Shown: positions 1 to 11,054 of the stretch, in pieces | How positions within the stretch are numbered: position 1 is the stretch's first letter | Layout of the letters: each line of letters starts with the position of its first letter | From: Thermoanaerobaculia bacterium | GTDB taxonomy: Bacteria; Acidobacteriota; Thermoanaerobaculia; UBA5066 | Assembly: GCA_038245905.1 (NCBI GenBank) | Contig: JBBRRY010000016.1 | Location: 1 to 64,000, forward strand | Direction of reading: 5' to 3' | DNA: 64,000 bases | Made by a program: the position numbers and the translations under genes | The notes under the pieces: model-generated | Told to the model about the DNA's origin: nothing | The model's database searches: none | What the model saw: only the letters and a program-made list of their open reading frames with translations

Positions 1-272
1 CGCGCTGCCAGGACACGAGCCGGTCGCCCGCCTTCAGCTTCGCTCTTGCGGCTTCCCCGCCGGGAGCCGCCTCGACGACCACCACGTCGGCGCGAGACGC
101 GGAGGCGGCGAGGAGGGCGGCGAAGAGCAACGATCGTGGGCGCATCCCTTCCGGACGATACCCGACAAGGGACTGTCACGCGGGTCGGGCAGGGCCCTCC
201 ACCACGTGACCGAACTCACGGCTCCTCTATGCCGGAGCGCGACGGGCGCCGTCCTTCTTCACAGGAGAGACG

Positions 273-1103
273 ATGACGACAGCAACCCGGACCCTCGCGA
301 GCCGCCCGCTCGCACTCGTCGCCCTCGAGGCCCTTGTCTTTCTCGCGGCCGCTCCGGGTCTCTTCGCCGCTGAAGAGACGAAGTCAGTTCCCCCGCCGAC
401 TACGAAACTCGCTCCCGCACTCGTGAACATGCCGTCGCCGAACACCAAAGTCAGCACGGCCATGAAGATCCCCACGGAGCCGAAAGGGTCCATCGGCAAT
501 CTCTTCACGTTCAACCCGGGCATCGTGATGGATGGTGGAAAGACGTCGCCGACGGTGCTCTGGAAAGAGGGGGAACATTGCCGCGTCGAAGTCGATGTCC
601 CCGGCTGGCCGGTCCTTTTCCAGGAGCGCACCTGCGGCCATGACTTCCTGTTCGACGTGCCGGAATCCGTCTCCGAAGGAGTAATTCCCATTAAGGCCCG
701 TTTTGTAGCGGTCGGCAGGATGCTCACGTCGGACTGGGCGTACACAACGCTGACGATCAGGAAGTCGAAGACGAAACTGGAGCTCCTGTCGGTGAAACCC
801 GTCGGATCGCCGATGAAGGTCGGAGCCGTGGGGCCGACGCTCGAGACATTCGAGGTCCGGATCGGGATGACAAAGCCGTACGCCGGCCCGTACTTCGAGA
901 AAAACCTTCCCGTCGTGAAGCGGACGGTCATCGTCAACATCCAGGGCCAAGGTACCGCCGGACCGGTTTCGCCGTCGGATGTAAACGGCCTCATCACCCT
1001 ACGGGTCGTGCGCACTCAGGGGGAGAGTTGCGTCGCCCAGGTGGCTTTCATGGGCGACTCTGCTTACGAGCCCTCGATCCTGTCGGTGAAGATGCCGCCC
1101 TGA
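273..1103 (+). CDS. Hypothetical secreted protein
   Basis: AGGAG RBS; N-terminal hydrophobic signal-like stretch (LALVALEALVFLAAAPGLFA); beta-rich, Pro-rich body; normal codon usage. Confidence 0.7.
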   Translation: MTTATRTLASRPLALVALEALVFLAAAPGLFAAEETKSVPPPTTKLAPALVNMPSPNTKVSTAMKIPTEPKGSIGNLFTFNPGIVMDGGKTSPTVLWKEGEHCRVEVDVPGWPVLFQERTCGHDFLFDVPESVSEGVIPIKARFVAVGRMLTSDWAYTTLTIRKSKTKLELLSVKPVGSPMKVGAVGPTLETFEVRIGMTKPYAGPYFEKNLPVVKRTVIVNIQGQGTAGPVSPSDVNGLITLRVVRTQGESCVAQVAFMGDSAYEPSILSVKMPP

Positions 1104-1224
1104 CCATGGCCCGAAGGGAGGGGTATGTTCAGAGTACTTCTTCGGTCCGCAGACCCTTTCCCGACGCACTCGGGAGGGTAGAATCCCCTTCCCCGGGATC
1201 CCACCTTTCGGAGGCACCTCCCCG

Positions 1225-2523
1225 ATGAACATCTGCATGGTTGGAACGGGCTATGTCGGCCTTGTGACCGGCGCTTGTCTCGCCGATTTCGGCATGGACG
1301 TGACCTGCGTCGACAAGGACGAGGCAAAGATCGCTCTCCTGAAAAGCGGAGTCTCGCCGATCTATGAGCCCGGTCTCGAAGAGCTCATTCACAAGAACGA
1401 GAAAGCCGGCCGCCTGCGCTTCACGACGAACCTCCCGGAGGCCATCGAACGCAGCCTCGTGATCTTCATTGCCGTCGGGACGCCTCCGAAGGAAGACGGT
1501 TCTCCTGACCTGTCGTTCATTTTCCAGGTCGCCGAGTCGATCGCGACACACATGAACGGGTATAAGGTCGTCGTCACGAAGTCGACCGTTCCGACCGGCA
1601 CGGGCGCGCAGATCGAGGAGATCCTCCGGACGAAAAACGGGAAATACAAATTTTCAGTCGTCTCGAATCCCGAGTTTCTCCGCGAAGGCTCGGCCATCGA
1701 GGACTTCATGCATCCCGACCGCGTCGTCATCGGCTCACGTGACGAGGAAGCGATCGCGATCGTCAAGGACGTCTACTCGCCGCTCGCGATCGCGGGCGTG
1801 CCCTTCGTCGTGTCGGACGTCGAATCGGCCGAGCTGATCAAGTACGCCTCCAACGGCTTCCTGGCCCTGAAGATCTCCTTCATCAACGAGGTTGCTGCGA
1901 TGTGCGAAAAGATGGGCGCCGACGTGAAGGACGTCGCTCGCGGCATGGGCCTCGACAAGCGCATCGCGCCCCAGTTTCTGAGCCCCGGGCCGGGCTACGG
2001 CGGCTCGTGTTTTCCAAAGGACTCTTCGGCGGTCGTCGACCTCGCCCGCAAGGTCGGGTACACGTTCGAGATCATGGAGGCGGTGCTCTCGGTCAACGAC
2101 CGGGTGAAGGCCCGCATGGTGGAAAAGGTCGCGGCCGTCTGTCCCGACCTTCGGGGCAAGCGAATCGCGATGCTGGGGATCGCCTTCAAGCCCGAAACGG
2201 ACGACATCCGCGAGAGCGCGTGCCTGAAGCTCGCGAGCGACCTTCAAGCGCGGGGGGCTGACGTCGTCGCTTACGACCCGGCGGCGATGGAAAATGCCCG
2301 GAAGGAGATGCCGGAGCTGAAGCTCGCTAAGGACGTGTACTCCTGCGCGGAGGGCGCCGACGTCCTGGTCCTCGCGACGGACTGGAACCAGTTCCGCAAA
2401 CTCGACCTCGGCCGGCTCGAGAAGACGATGAAGGCGAAGAACTTCGTCGACCTCCGCAACCTCTACGAGCCCAAGGACATGAAGAAAGCGGGCTGGAACT
2501 ACGTGGGCCTCGGCCGGGCCTGA
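1225..2523 (+). CDS. ugd: UDP-glucose 6-dehydrogenase
   Basis: GTGYVG NAD-binding motif, NPEFLREG, GYGGSCFPKD catalytic Cys, AFKPETDDIRES. Confidence 0.96.
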   Translation: MNICMVGTGYVGLVTGACLADFGMDVTCVDKDEAKIALLKSGVSPIYEPGLEELIHKNEKAGRLRFTTNLPEAIERSLVIFIAVGTPPKEDGSPDLSFIFQVAESIATHMNGYKVVVTKSTVPTGTGAQIEEILRTKNGKYKFSVVSNPEFLREGSAIEDFMHPDRVVIGSRDEEAIAIVKDVYSPLAIAGVPFVVSDVESAELIKYASNGFLALKISFINEVAAMCEKMGADVKDVARGMGLDKRIAPQFLSPGPGYGGSCFPKDSSAVVDLARKVGYTFEIMEAVLSVNDRVKARMVEKVAAVCPDLRGKRIAMLGIAFKPETDDIRESACLKLASDLQARGADVVAYDPAAMENARKEMPELKLAKDVYSCAEGADVLVLATDWNQFRKLDLGRLEKTMKAKNFVDLRNLYEPKDMKKAGWNYVGLGRA

Positions 2524-2587
2524 AGCGCGTGCATCATGGCCGCCCGGCGGCCGCCGGTGGCACTCTTCGGAGCATCGGAGGTGCCTC

Positions 2588-2830
2588 ATGGCAATGAAGA
2601 TTCAGGACACCTGCATCAACTGCGGCTCGTGCGAGCCCGACTGTCCGAACACTGCGATCAGCGCGGGTGATCCGACGTTCGTGATCGAGGCGGGTCACTG
2701 CACCGAGTGCGTGGGAGCGTTCGACGCGCCGAAGTGCGTCGAGATCTGCCCGATCGAGGGCTGCATCGTGGCCGAGCCGGCCGAACCCCGGGCGGTCCTC
2801 GAAGCCCGCTACGCCCAGCTCCACGCCTGA
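2588..2830 (+). CDS. 2[4Fe-4S] ferredoxin (YfhL-like)
   Basis: [12 protein letters not shown] and [18 protein letters not shown] motifs; GGAGG RBS. Confidence 0.93.
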   Translation: MAMKIQDTCINCGSCEPDCPNTAISAGDPTFVIEAGHCTECVGAFDAPKCVEICPIEGCIVAEPAEPRAVLEARYAQLHA

Positions 2831-2868
2831 GACGCGGCTGGCCCGCCGACCGCTACAATCGCGGTCTG

Positions 2869-3798
<930 letters not shown>

Positions 3799-3826
3799 AG
3801 GTCTAGAATTTCTCGAGGAATTTCCT

Positions 3827-4957
3827 GTGACGTTCACGCTTCCCCAGGTTCTCGTGCTTTTCTGCGCACTCGCGTCGGCGTCGTTCGGCGTGCTCGCGCT
3901 CCTGCTCCTGCGCTGGAACCGCGCCCGCACCGAGCTCGTCCTGTATGCGGCCCTCGCCCTCTCGATCGCGTTCTGGCTGGCGACGCCGCTCCTGACGCCG
4001 GTCCCGATCCCCGTCTCGCGCGAGATCCTGGGCCGCCTCGTCCATGCGCTCTCGTTCGTCCTTCCCGCGGTCGGCTTCCTCTTTCTGCTCCGCTTCCTGA
4101 ATCTCCCGCTGACAGCGCCGCTGCGGGTGCTGCTCGCCCTTCCACTCCTCGGCACGCTCCTCGCGCTCTTCCTCCCCGCCGCGAGCCCGCTCGCCTCGGG
4201 GCTCGCCGTCGTCTCAGTCGGACTCGTCTCCGTCGGATTCGTCGTCGTCTTCGCCCGGAAGGAGAACCGCCGGCGCGACACGACGCTCGCCTTCGTTGCG
4301 ACGGCTTTCCTGCTCGCGGGAGCCACGCTCGAAACCGGTTCGCGGTGGGCGCCGGGTTCCGCCGAATTCAGCGGGGTGTTCTTCGGGTTCGCGTTCCTCG
4401 TCTTCACGGCGCTTCTCCTCCCGACCGTGGCCGACGAAGAGCGTCGCCTATTCGCGCGCGCGACCACGGACGCGCTGACCGGACTCGCGACGCGCTCTCT
4501 TTTCCTGGGACGCACTGCCGAAGAGCTCGTTCGCGCGGAACGCACGCGGCGCGCCGCGGCAATCGTCGTTCTCGGGATCGACGGTTTCGACGTGCTCGAG
4601 AAAGAGCTGGGGAAAGACGGCGCGGACGCCGTCCTCGCGGCCTTCGGGCAGGCGATCGGGCGCACCATCCGCGGCATCGATCTCGCCGCCCGCCGCTCCC
4701 GGGACGAATTTCTCGTCCTCCTCGTCGAGGCGGACGAGACAAATGCGGCGATTGCCGTAGAGCGCATGCGCGCCGCCTTTCCGGGACATTCGGGCCGCGC
4801 CCTCACCCTTTCAGCCGGCATCGCGGTTCACGGCCGCCTGGAGAAGACCCTGTGCGACGCCCTCATCGAGCGCGCCGAGCACACCTTCGGCAAAGCGCGT
4901 TCTGCGGGCGGAAACCGGATCCTCTACGAAGAGCGGACTGCCGCGTCTCCTGCCTAG
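3827..4957 (+). CDS. Membrane protein with degenerate GGDEF domain (SRDEF; intact RxxD I-site)
   Basis: About 7 hydrophobic segments, then ATTDALTGL, GIDGF, RGIDLAARRSRDEF, LTLSAGIA, GGNR. Confidence 0.8.
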   Translation: MTFTLPQVLVLFCALASASFGVLALLLLRWNRARTELVLYAALALSIAFWLATPLLTPVPIPVSREILGRLVHALSFVLPAVGFLFLLRFLNLPLTAPLRVLLALPLLGTLLALFLPAASPLASGLAVVSVGLVSVGFVVVFARKENRRRDTTLAFVATAFLLAGATLETGSRWAPGSAEFSGVFFGFAFLVFTALLLPTVADEERRLFARATTDALTGLATRSLFLGRTAEELVRAERTRRAAAIVVLGIDGFDVLEKELGKDGADAVLAAFGQAIGRTIRGIDLAARRSRDEFLVLLVEADETNAAIAVERMRAAFPGHSGRALTLSAGIAVHGRLEKTLCDALIERAEHTFGKARSAGGNRILYEERTAASPA

Positions 4958-6405
4958 AACCGGTAGAAGAGGCTCGCCGCGAGCTGCCGGGACGCGCGGC
5001 CCACGTCGAATCCGAAGTCGATCGAAAGCGACCGCGCGACCGTGACGCCGAGGCCACCCGTGAATCGGTCGTCCGCGCGCCCGCCGTCGAAGATGGAGGC
5101 GACAGCCGCGGAGTACGGCGGATCGGTGATCGGGAAAGGCGTCCCCGAGGCGTCGCGCGCCGCGAGGCTTGCCGTGGCGCCGTGTGCGGGCTCGCGGTGG
5201 TAGCCCACGCGGAATGCGAGGCGCGCGCCCTTCGCGCTCGCGACATACTCGAATCCGACGCGCGGAATGAAGACGTCCCGCGCGGGAGAGACATCCGCGA
5301 GGATGGGTTTGTCCAACGGGAATCCGGACGGACCGACGAGTCCCAAATACGACTCTACCGGCAGCGGACGGTCGAAGATGTCGCCGTACGCGACCCATTG
5401 CACCTCGGCGGCGATCGTGAGGCCCGGCATCGGATGGGCGGCGAGTCCCGCGGCCGCGTCGCGCGGGACGCGGAACGAGAACGGCCGCAACGTCTGCCCG
5501 GCGAGCGCGGTCGGCACGTCGCCGCCGATCACGAGCGTCCCGTCGTTGCGCGGCGACGACCGGTAGGCGGCACCGAACGTGAGCGCCCCGTCGGCGAGGA
5601 GGTCGGCGTGGATCCCGACGAGGTAGCCGACCTTCGTGCCGGAGACGCCGTCGACGCGCATCGTGACCGTGCGGATGTCCTCCGCGGTCGGCGAGGAGAA
5701 CGTGCGGCTCGTGATGCGGTGCGGCCCCGCCATGTCGCCGTCGAGGTCGAAGGACGCGCGGTTCAGCGTGACGCCGCCGCCCACGCGCACCCGCTCGGAG
5801 ACGCGGTACGCGAGCGACAGGCCGACGAGCCTGTTGCGGAGGCTCACGGACCCGAACTCGCGGTACTGGAAGAGAAAGTCCCGTCGGGCCACGTCGCCCG
5901 TACGGTTGTCCCGAAACTCGAAATACTGATATCCGGCATCCCCGGCGTCTCCCTCAAAACGAAGGTTCTCGGCGTACGTCAGCGCGGCAACGAGGCGGCG
6001 CGAGATCGGAACGACGACGCCCGCGAAGTCGACCGAGGCGGCCCGTGCGTCGCGGTCCACGTTTGTCGTTTCGATCGCCGGATACGGCGCCGTGAGGCTG
6101 CCCGTCGACGTCGAACGCGCCGTGACGAGCCCGAGCGTCGAGTCCGCCCGCTTCCCGGAGACCGCAAACTCGATCGAGGAAATGAGCCCGAGCCCGGCGG
6201 GGTTGACGAGCGCCGCGGTCGCGTCGTCCGCGATCGCCGTGAACGCGCCCCCCATGGCGATCGACTTCCCGCCCGGGTTCGTCAGGTTGAAGCTCACCTT
6301 CGCGAGCAGCGCCGAATCGGTCTGCGCGAACGCGGAAGAAGGCGCGAGTGCCGCGAGGACCCCGAAAAGTGCGCACCCCGCGGCGTGCCCTGGGGTTCGA
6401 ATCAT
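4954..6405 (-). CDS. Outer-membrane beta-barrel, FadL/TodX (OmpP1)-like
   Basis: Signal peptide; NPGGKSIAMGGAFTAIADDATAALVNPAGL N-terminal motif; C-terminal YRF. Confidence 0.8.
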   Translation of the reverse strand: MIRTPGHAAGCALFGVLAALAPSSAFAQTDSALLAKVSFNLTNPGGKSIAMGGAFTAIADDATAALVNPAGLGLISSIEFAVSGKRADSTLGLVTARSTSTGSLTAPYPAIETTNVDRDARAASVDFAGVVVPISRRLVAALTYAENLRFEGDAGDAGYQYFEFRDNRTGDVARRDFLFQYREFGSVSLRNRLVGLSLAYRVSERVRVGGGVTLNRASFDLDGDMAGPHRITSRTFSSPTAEDIRTVTMRVDGVSGTKVGYLVGIHADLLADGALTFGAAYRSSPRNDGTLVIGGDVPTALAGQTLRPFSFRVPRDAAAGLAAHPMPGLTIAAEVQWVAYGDIFDRPLPVESYLGLVGPSGFPLDKPILADVSPARDVFIPRVGFEYVASAKGARLAFRVGYHREPAHGATASLAARDASGTPFPITDPPYSAAVASIFDGGRADDRFTGGLGVTVARSLSIDFGFDVGRASRQLAASLFYRF

Positions 6406-6430
6406 CGTCGTGAGTCTCCCATTTCCGGCG

Positions 6431-7903
6431 TCAGCGAGTCAGCGCGTCGGCGAGCGCACCGGGCGTCGCAAAAGGCTCTGAGAGCAGGACCGTGGCTCCG
6501 CTCGTCACCGAGACGGCTCGTTCTACCGTGCGCCCCCCCGGGCCGGGGCCCGCGAGGACGACGCGATAACTGCCGGGAGCGAGGTCCGAGACGAGTAGAG
6601 GGGTCGTCGCGTTCGCCGGGAGCGGTACCGAATTCCCGGAGCCGGCTTCCACGAGCGAGACGACGCGCGCGAAAGGCAGGCCGAGGATCTGCAGACGCCC
6701 CGCCAGGAGCACTGCCGGCGAGGGAGTGAGGGACGGGGCCGCGGCCGCTGTGGCCACGGGGCTCCGGTCCGGTTTCGCGGCCCGGCGCTCGACCGGACTG
6801 GCCGACGGTCTCACGCGGGCCGCCCACCACGACACCGAAACGACGAGGAGGATGCCGGCCGCCGCGAGCCATGCGAGAAGGCGTGTCTCGTGGAGCGGAC
6901 GCGAGGTCTCGGTGCCCCGCTTCGCGCCTTCGCCCGGCGAGACGCCCACAAGCTCGGTTCCGCTCGTCGCCTCGCTCGTGCCTCCGCCGGGCGGCATTCG
7001 CTCGATCCCGGGGGGGAGGCGCGTCGCGCCCGCGTCACGGAGCACGGCCACGAGGCGGTCCACGATCTCGCGCCAGCTCGCCGGCCGGTCCTCCCGCCGC
7101 TTCTCGAGCATCTGTCCGACGAGGCGCACGAGGGGTACCGGCAGCGACGGCGCGTCCGACGGCGCCGCCACCGGCGGCGCGACGGCGTTGAGGTGGGCGG
7201 CGATGTACTCGACGGGAGCCTTGCCCTCGAATGGGCGCTGGCCCGCGAGCACCTGGTAGAAGATCACGCCCAGGCTGTATACGTCACTCCGCCAGTCGAG
7301 CGCCGCGCCGTGCCCGAGCGAGCCGAGCTGCTCTGGCGATCCGTAGGCGACCTTGCCGAGGAAGAACCCTGTCGCGGTCAGGGACTCCAGGCCCGTCGAC
7401 TTCTCGAAAAGCTTCGCGACGCCGAAATCGAGGAGCTTGACGAGCCGGTCGCCGCCGCGCTCGATGACGAGGATGTTGTCGGGCGACAGGTCGCGGTGCA
7501 CGATTCCGCGTGACGCGAGGTATGCGAGCCCGTGAGCCGCCTGCACGAGGAGCGGAACCGTCTCCGTCCACGGCCGGCCCGCGAAGGAGGTCAGAGGCAC
7601 GCCGTCGAGGTACTCCATCGCGAGCCAGGGCGTCCCGTCCTCCTCGCCGATCTCGAAGAACGAGACGACGTTCACGTGCAGGAGGCTCTTGAGGATCGCC
7701 GCCTCGCGATCGAAGCGCACGCGCGCCTCCTTGAGGTGCGCCGACGATTCGTCTCCCGGCGCCTCCGCCTCGCGAATGACCTTCAGGGCGACAGTGCGGC
7801 CGTCCCGCTCGTCCACGGCCTGGTAGACGATTCCCATGCCACCGCGGCCGATCCGCTTCAGGATGCGGAAATGGGCGATGCGCTCGACGGCGCCGGCTGC
7901 CAA
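6431..7903 (-). CDS. Hanks-type Ser/Thr protein kinase with TM helix and C-terminal PEGA-like domain
   Basis: GRGGMGIVY, VALKVI, HRDLSPDN, DFG, YGSPEQ, DVYSLG; TTG start at 7903 inferred, just after the upstream gene's stop. Confidence 0.9.
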   Translation of the reverse strand: MAAGAVERIAHFRILKRIGRGGMGIVYQAVDERDGRTVALKVIREAEAPGDESSAHLKEARVRFDREAAILKSLLHVNVVSFFEIGEEDGTPWLAMEYLDGVPLTSFAGRPWTETVPLLVQAAHGLAYLASRGIVHRDLSPDNILVIERGGDRLVKLLDFGVAKLFEKSTGLESLTATGFFLGKVAYGSPEQLGSLGHGAALDWRSDVYSLGVIFYQVLAGQRPFEGKAPVEYIAAHLNAVAPPVAAPSDAPSLPVPLVRLVGQMLEKRREDRPASWREIVDRLVAVLRDAGATRLPPGIERMPPGGGTSEATSGTELVGVSPGEGAKRGTETSRPLHETRLLAWLAAAGILLVVSVSWWAARVRPSASPVERRAAKPDRSPVATAAAAPSLTPSPAVLLAGRLQILGLPFARVVSLVEAGSGNSVPLPANATTPLLVSDLAPGSYRVVLAGPGPGGRTVERAVSVTSGATVLLSEPFATPGALADALTR

Positions 7904-7907
7904 CCCG

Positions 7908-10900
7908 TCACCGTCCCGTGCCGGCCGACGCCGGACGCAGGAAGATGTTGGCCGGGTCGCCCGACACGACGTCGATCTTCGAGGCGAAGGCCAGGAATAC
8001 GCCGTCGCCGCCCACCTGCCGCACGACGATGCGCACGTCGGTGAGCTCCGAGAGGTTGAGGCCGAGGATGCTGTGGAACAGCTCGTCCGAGACATAGCCG
8101 TTCGGCGGAATCCGCTTAGGGGCGGTGGCGATCGGCACGAACGACCCGGGCAGGTACGCCGCAATGACGACGTCGCAGTACGAGCCACCGACCTCGTTCA
8201 GGATGAGATTCGTGCGGTAGGCAGACGAGCTCTCGGCCCCGTCGAATTCCATCGTCCCGAGGTTCGACTGGAAGGAAGAGTATCCGTGTCGGTACGAGTA
8301 ACCTTCCATGCCGGTCTTGAAATCCCCAATGCCGGTCGAAGGCGACACGGTGTAGGCCTCGGTCTGGACGTCCACGTCCGCCCAGCCCTGCTTGCAGCAC
8401 GTGCCGTCGCTGTTCGCGACGTTCGCGATCTCGATGTGACCGTAAGTGCCTGAAAGCGGGGGAAGACCGAACAGATCTTCGAGAACGTCCTCATAAGAAA
8501 AGACCGTTCCTCGGCCCAGCGACTGCACACCAGACGTGACGTGGGGAGCGTTAGGATCGCTGTCGATGTAGGTCAGTGCCACGTTGTGCTGGGTCGTGCC
8601 GGTGTTCGTGAGGGTGATGCGCGTCCTCCAGAAGGGCCTGGATCCGTCCTCCAGAGGCGCGCCTCCCGCGTGGACCGCGGGAAACGAAAGCGGGGGCGGG
8701 AAGCCGCCCTGCGGCAGGCTCGCGAGCGCGGCTCGCGTCTGTGAGCCCGCCGTCACTCCCACGGCCAGGCCCAAAAGGGGCTGGAGGCCGATCTTTGTGA
8801 CGCCCACATGAAGCGAGGAATCCTGCGTGCGGTTGTCGATAACGGTGGCCATTCCGACGACGGAGCCTTTCGTTCCGCCCGCCGGGTCCGCCGCGCTGTT
8901 GTCCCTCCACGTGATTTGGGCGTACGCGTAGGACTTTGGGAGTGGCACGGCATCGAAGAGGTCCACGTCGTCGAAGAGCTGGACGGTCGAATTCGCGGGA
9001 ATCGTCCGATCGAGGCTCACCGGGAGGCCGTTCTTCAGGATGCGATTGAAATCCCCGTCGAAGAGGTCGATGAGGACTCGAGTGTCGAACCCCGATGTCT
9101 CGAGGAGGAGCAGGTTCGACCGGCGGTTCGCGTCATGGGCGAGGCCCGACACCCAGTACAGCGGGTCGCTCTGTTTCACTCCTTCGCCCGGAACCGTCGG
9201 TCGCATTTCGAAGCCGTACTGTCCGGTTGCCGGCGTGGTTCCGGCCAGGGTTTGGCGTGAGGCGTTTCGCGCCGCCACCGTGGCCGGGAGCGGCCGGTTG
9301 TTGACGAGGGCGGTGGCCGTCAGCGTGGGCGCCGTCGAGCGCACTTCGACGGTGAACGCCCCTTCGGAGCCGAGGAGCGTCCCGACGACGTTGCGGTAGC
9401 GGCGGGTCTCGCCGGCCGCAAGCGTGAGGTCGTAGCGGCGGAGCGCCGAGCCGTCACCCGGCGCCCCCACCGGGTTGAAAAGTAACGAGACAGGAACCGG
9501 AGTCACGGCGTCGGAGTTCGTGAGCCACAGGTCCGCCGCGTAGCGACCGACGCTTCGCGCGTCGATCGCGTTCGGAAAGGCGGCATAGAGAAGCCTCGTG
9601 CGTGCGGCGGCCGCAGGCGTCGCGCCCGCTCCCGTCGCGGCAGGCGCGAGCGCGGGACCGTCGTCCGAAACGAGAATCGACTCCGGGTTGTCCGGAAAGC
9701 CGATCGTGGTGAGAGCGACGGCGCCCACTTCGGTTCCCGTGCCCGAGCGCCTCCTCGCACGATCCACGACAAGCTGGATCGTTCGCGTCTCGCGTGCGCC
9801 GAGCGGGCGATCCCACTGAAGTCCGTCGAGAGACACCAAGGACAGCCACGGGGCGCGCACGGTCGCGACAAAGGATACGGCGAAATCCGACGGATTCACG
9901 ATCGCGCGGAGAACCGCACTTCCGTCCCGATCGATATCCGCCGCCGCGTCGCTCCAGACCACTCTCGCCTTCGAGGGTTCGGCCGTGAGCATGCAGTCGA
10001 CGGGCACGGTCAACAGTACATTGCCCGCCGTGAGAGTAATCAAGGCGTGCACCGGACGCACGAGCGCCGTGACGTAGAGCGAGGTCACGCCGATCGACTG
10101 CGACGCGTTCGGAGCCAGCGAGAAGGAATCCGGGCTGACGACAAATCCGCTGTCGTCAGGTTTCGCGCGCACGAGGATCGGATCCGTGCCTCCATTGCGC
10201 ACGGTGAACGAAGTCGTCGGGTGGGTGCCGGGGGCCGGCACGAGCGCCGCGATCGGCGCGGGCTCGGAGATGAGCTGGAGGGCGGGCGTCAGGACGTTTC
10301 CAACCGTCACGCGCAGGGCGGGGGACCACGGTCCGACGGACCCGCAGGTCGCCTCGGCGCGCACCTGATAGACGAAGTCGCCCGGAGGGCCTGTGAAGGA
10401 CGACGCGCCGCCCTCGACCACCCATTCGCTCGCGTTGACCGAGGCGGCGGATGTCTCGCGGATGCGGAACTTCAGGCCCGTCAGTCCACCGCCCGGACCC
10501 GCGCCGATGCCGAGCGTGTTCCAGGTGACGACCCACGTGGAGAAAGCGGGAGGGTTCGCCGGGGCCGAGACGAGCTCCCCGACGGACGGAGGAACGTCGC
10601 ATTCGGACTTCACCGCTATGGCGAGGACGTTCGAGACGATTGCGGCGACCGCCGGGGGCGAGCCGACGGGCGAACAGGATGACTTCACGACGATGCGGTG
10701 GTAGAGGACCTTCGCGCTCGCAGGTCCGGGCCCGAGCGTGATCGCCGAGCGCGTCGTGACGGACTGATCGAGGCCCGACGAGAAGGACGGCTCCGAGGAG
10801 CGCTCGACGACGTAGGTGTCGGCGTTCGCAGAGACGGGAGCCGAGGAAGCCGTGAAGACGTTCGTCCACGAGAGGGAATACGACTCCCCCGCCTGGACCC

Positions 10901-11033
10901 CGGCGGGTCCCGTCAGGACGGGAGCCGGGACCGGGCAGGGCGCCCCGGGAGCGCCCGGAGCCCACGCGGCCGCCAAGGCTCCGAGCAGAGCCGCTCCGAG
11001 GGCCGACCGCGAAAGCCGGGAATTCGAACTCAT
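7908..11033 (-). CDS. Large secreted/surface protein (FN3/Ig-like N-terminal part, two C-terminal repeat modules)
   Basis: Signal peptide; YSLSW/YQVRA FN3-like strands; duplicated modules (YAADLWLTN/FWRTRITLTN; RRSNLLL/YRTNLIL). Confidence 0.75.
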   Translation of the reverse strand: MSSNSRLSRSALGAALLGALAAAWAPGAPGAPCPVPAPVLTGPAGVQAGESYSLSWTNVFTASSAPVSANADTYVVERSSEPSFSSGLDQSVTTRSAITLGPGPASAKVLYHRIVVKSSCSPVGSPPAVAAIVSNVLAIAVKSECDVPPSVGELVSAPANPPAFSTWVVTWNTLGIGAGPGGGLTGLKFRIRETSAASVNASEWVVEGGASSFTGPPGDFVYQVRAEATCGSVGPWSPALRVTVGNVLTPALQLISEPAPIAALVPAPGTHPTTSFTVRNGGTDPILVRAKPDDSGFVVSPDSFSLAPNASQSIGVTSLYVTALVRPVHALITLTAGNVLLTVPVDCMLTAEPSKARVVWSDAAADIDRDGSAVLRAIVNPSDFAVSFVATVRAPWLSLVSLDGLQWDRPLGARETRTIQLVVDRARRRSGTGTEVGAVALTTIGFPDNPESILVSDDGPALAPAATGAGATPAAAARTRLLYAAFPNAIDARSVGRYAADLWLTNSDAVTPVPVSLLFNPVGAPGDGSALRRYDLTLAAGETRRYRNVVGTLLGSEGAFTVEVRSTAPTLTATALVNNRPLPATVAARNASRQTLAGTTPATGQYGFEMRPTVPGEGVKQSDPLYWVSGLAHDANRRSNLLLLETSGFDTRVLIDLFDGDFNRILKNGLPVSLDRTIPANSTVQLFDDVDLFDAVPLPKSYAYAQITWRDNSAADPAGGTKGSVVGMATVIDNRTQDSSLHVGVTKIGLQPLLGLAVGVTAGSQTRAALASLPQGGFPPPLSFPAVHAGGAPLEDGSRPFWRTRITLTNTGTTQHNVALTYIDSDPNAPHVTSGVQSLGRGTVFSYEDVLEDLFGLPPLSGTYGHIEIANVANSDGTCCKQGWADVDVQTEAYTVSPSTGIGDFKTGMEGYSYRHGYSSFQSNLGTMEFDGAESSSAYRTNLILNEVGGSYCDVVIAAYLPGSFVPIATAPKRIPPNGYVSDELFHSILGLNLSELTDVRIVVRQVGGDGVFLAFASKIDVVSGDPANIFLRPASAGTGR

Positions 11034-11054
11034 CCTTCTCTAGAATCCCCCTCG

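Noticed and set aside
130-260. Possible riboswitch upstream of the gene at 273
   Set aside because: GC-rich pairing potential only; no family-defining motif recognised; would need an Infernal/Rfam scan.
2558-2573. TGGCAC upstream of the ferredoxin gene as a sigma-54 promoter (also AGGCACGCTTTGC near 30520)
   Set aside because: GG-to-GC spacing is 11 and 8 nt respectively, not the required 10.
4345-6729. 794-aa + strand ORF and similar long Arg/Pro-rich ORFs (43879-45771, 44685-46970, 32841-34430, 61268-63184)
   Set aside because: Shadow or off-frame ORFs overlapping well-supported genes; expected at high GC; no recognisable motifs.
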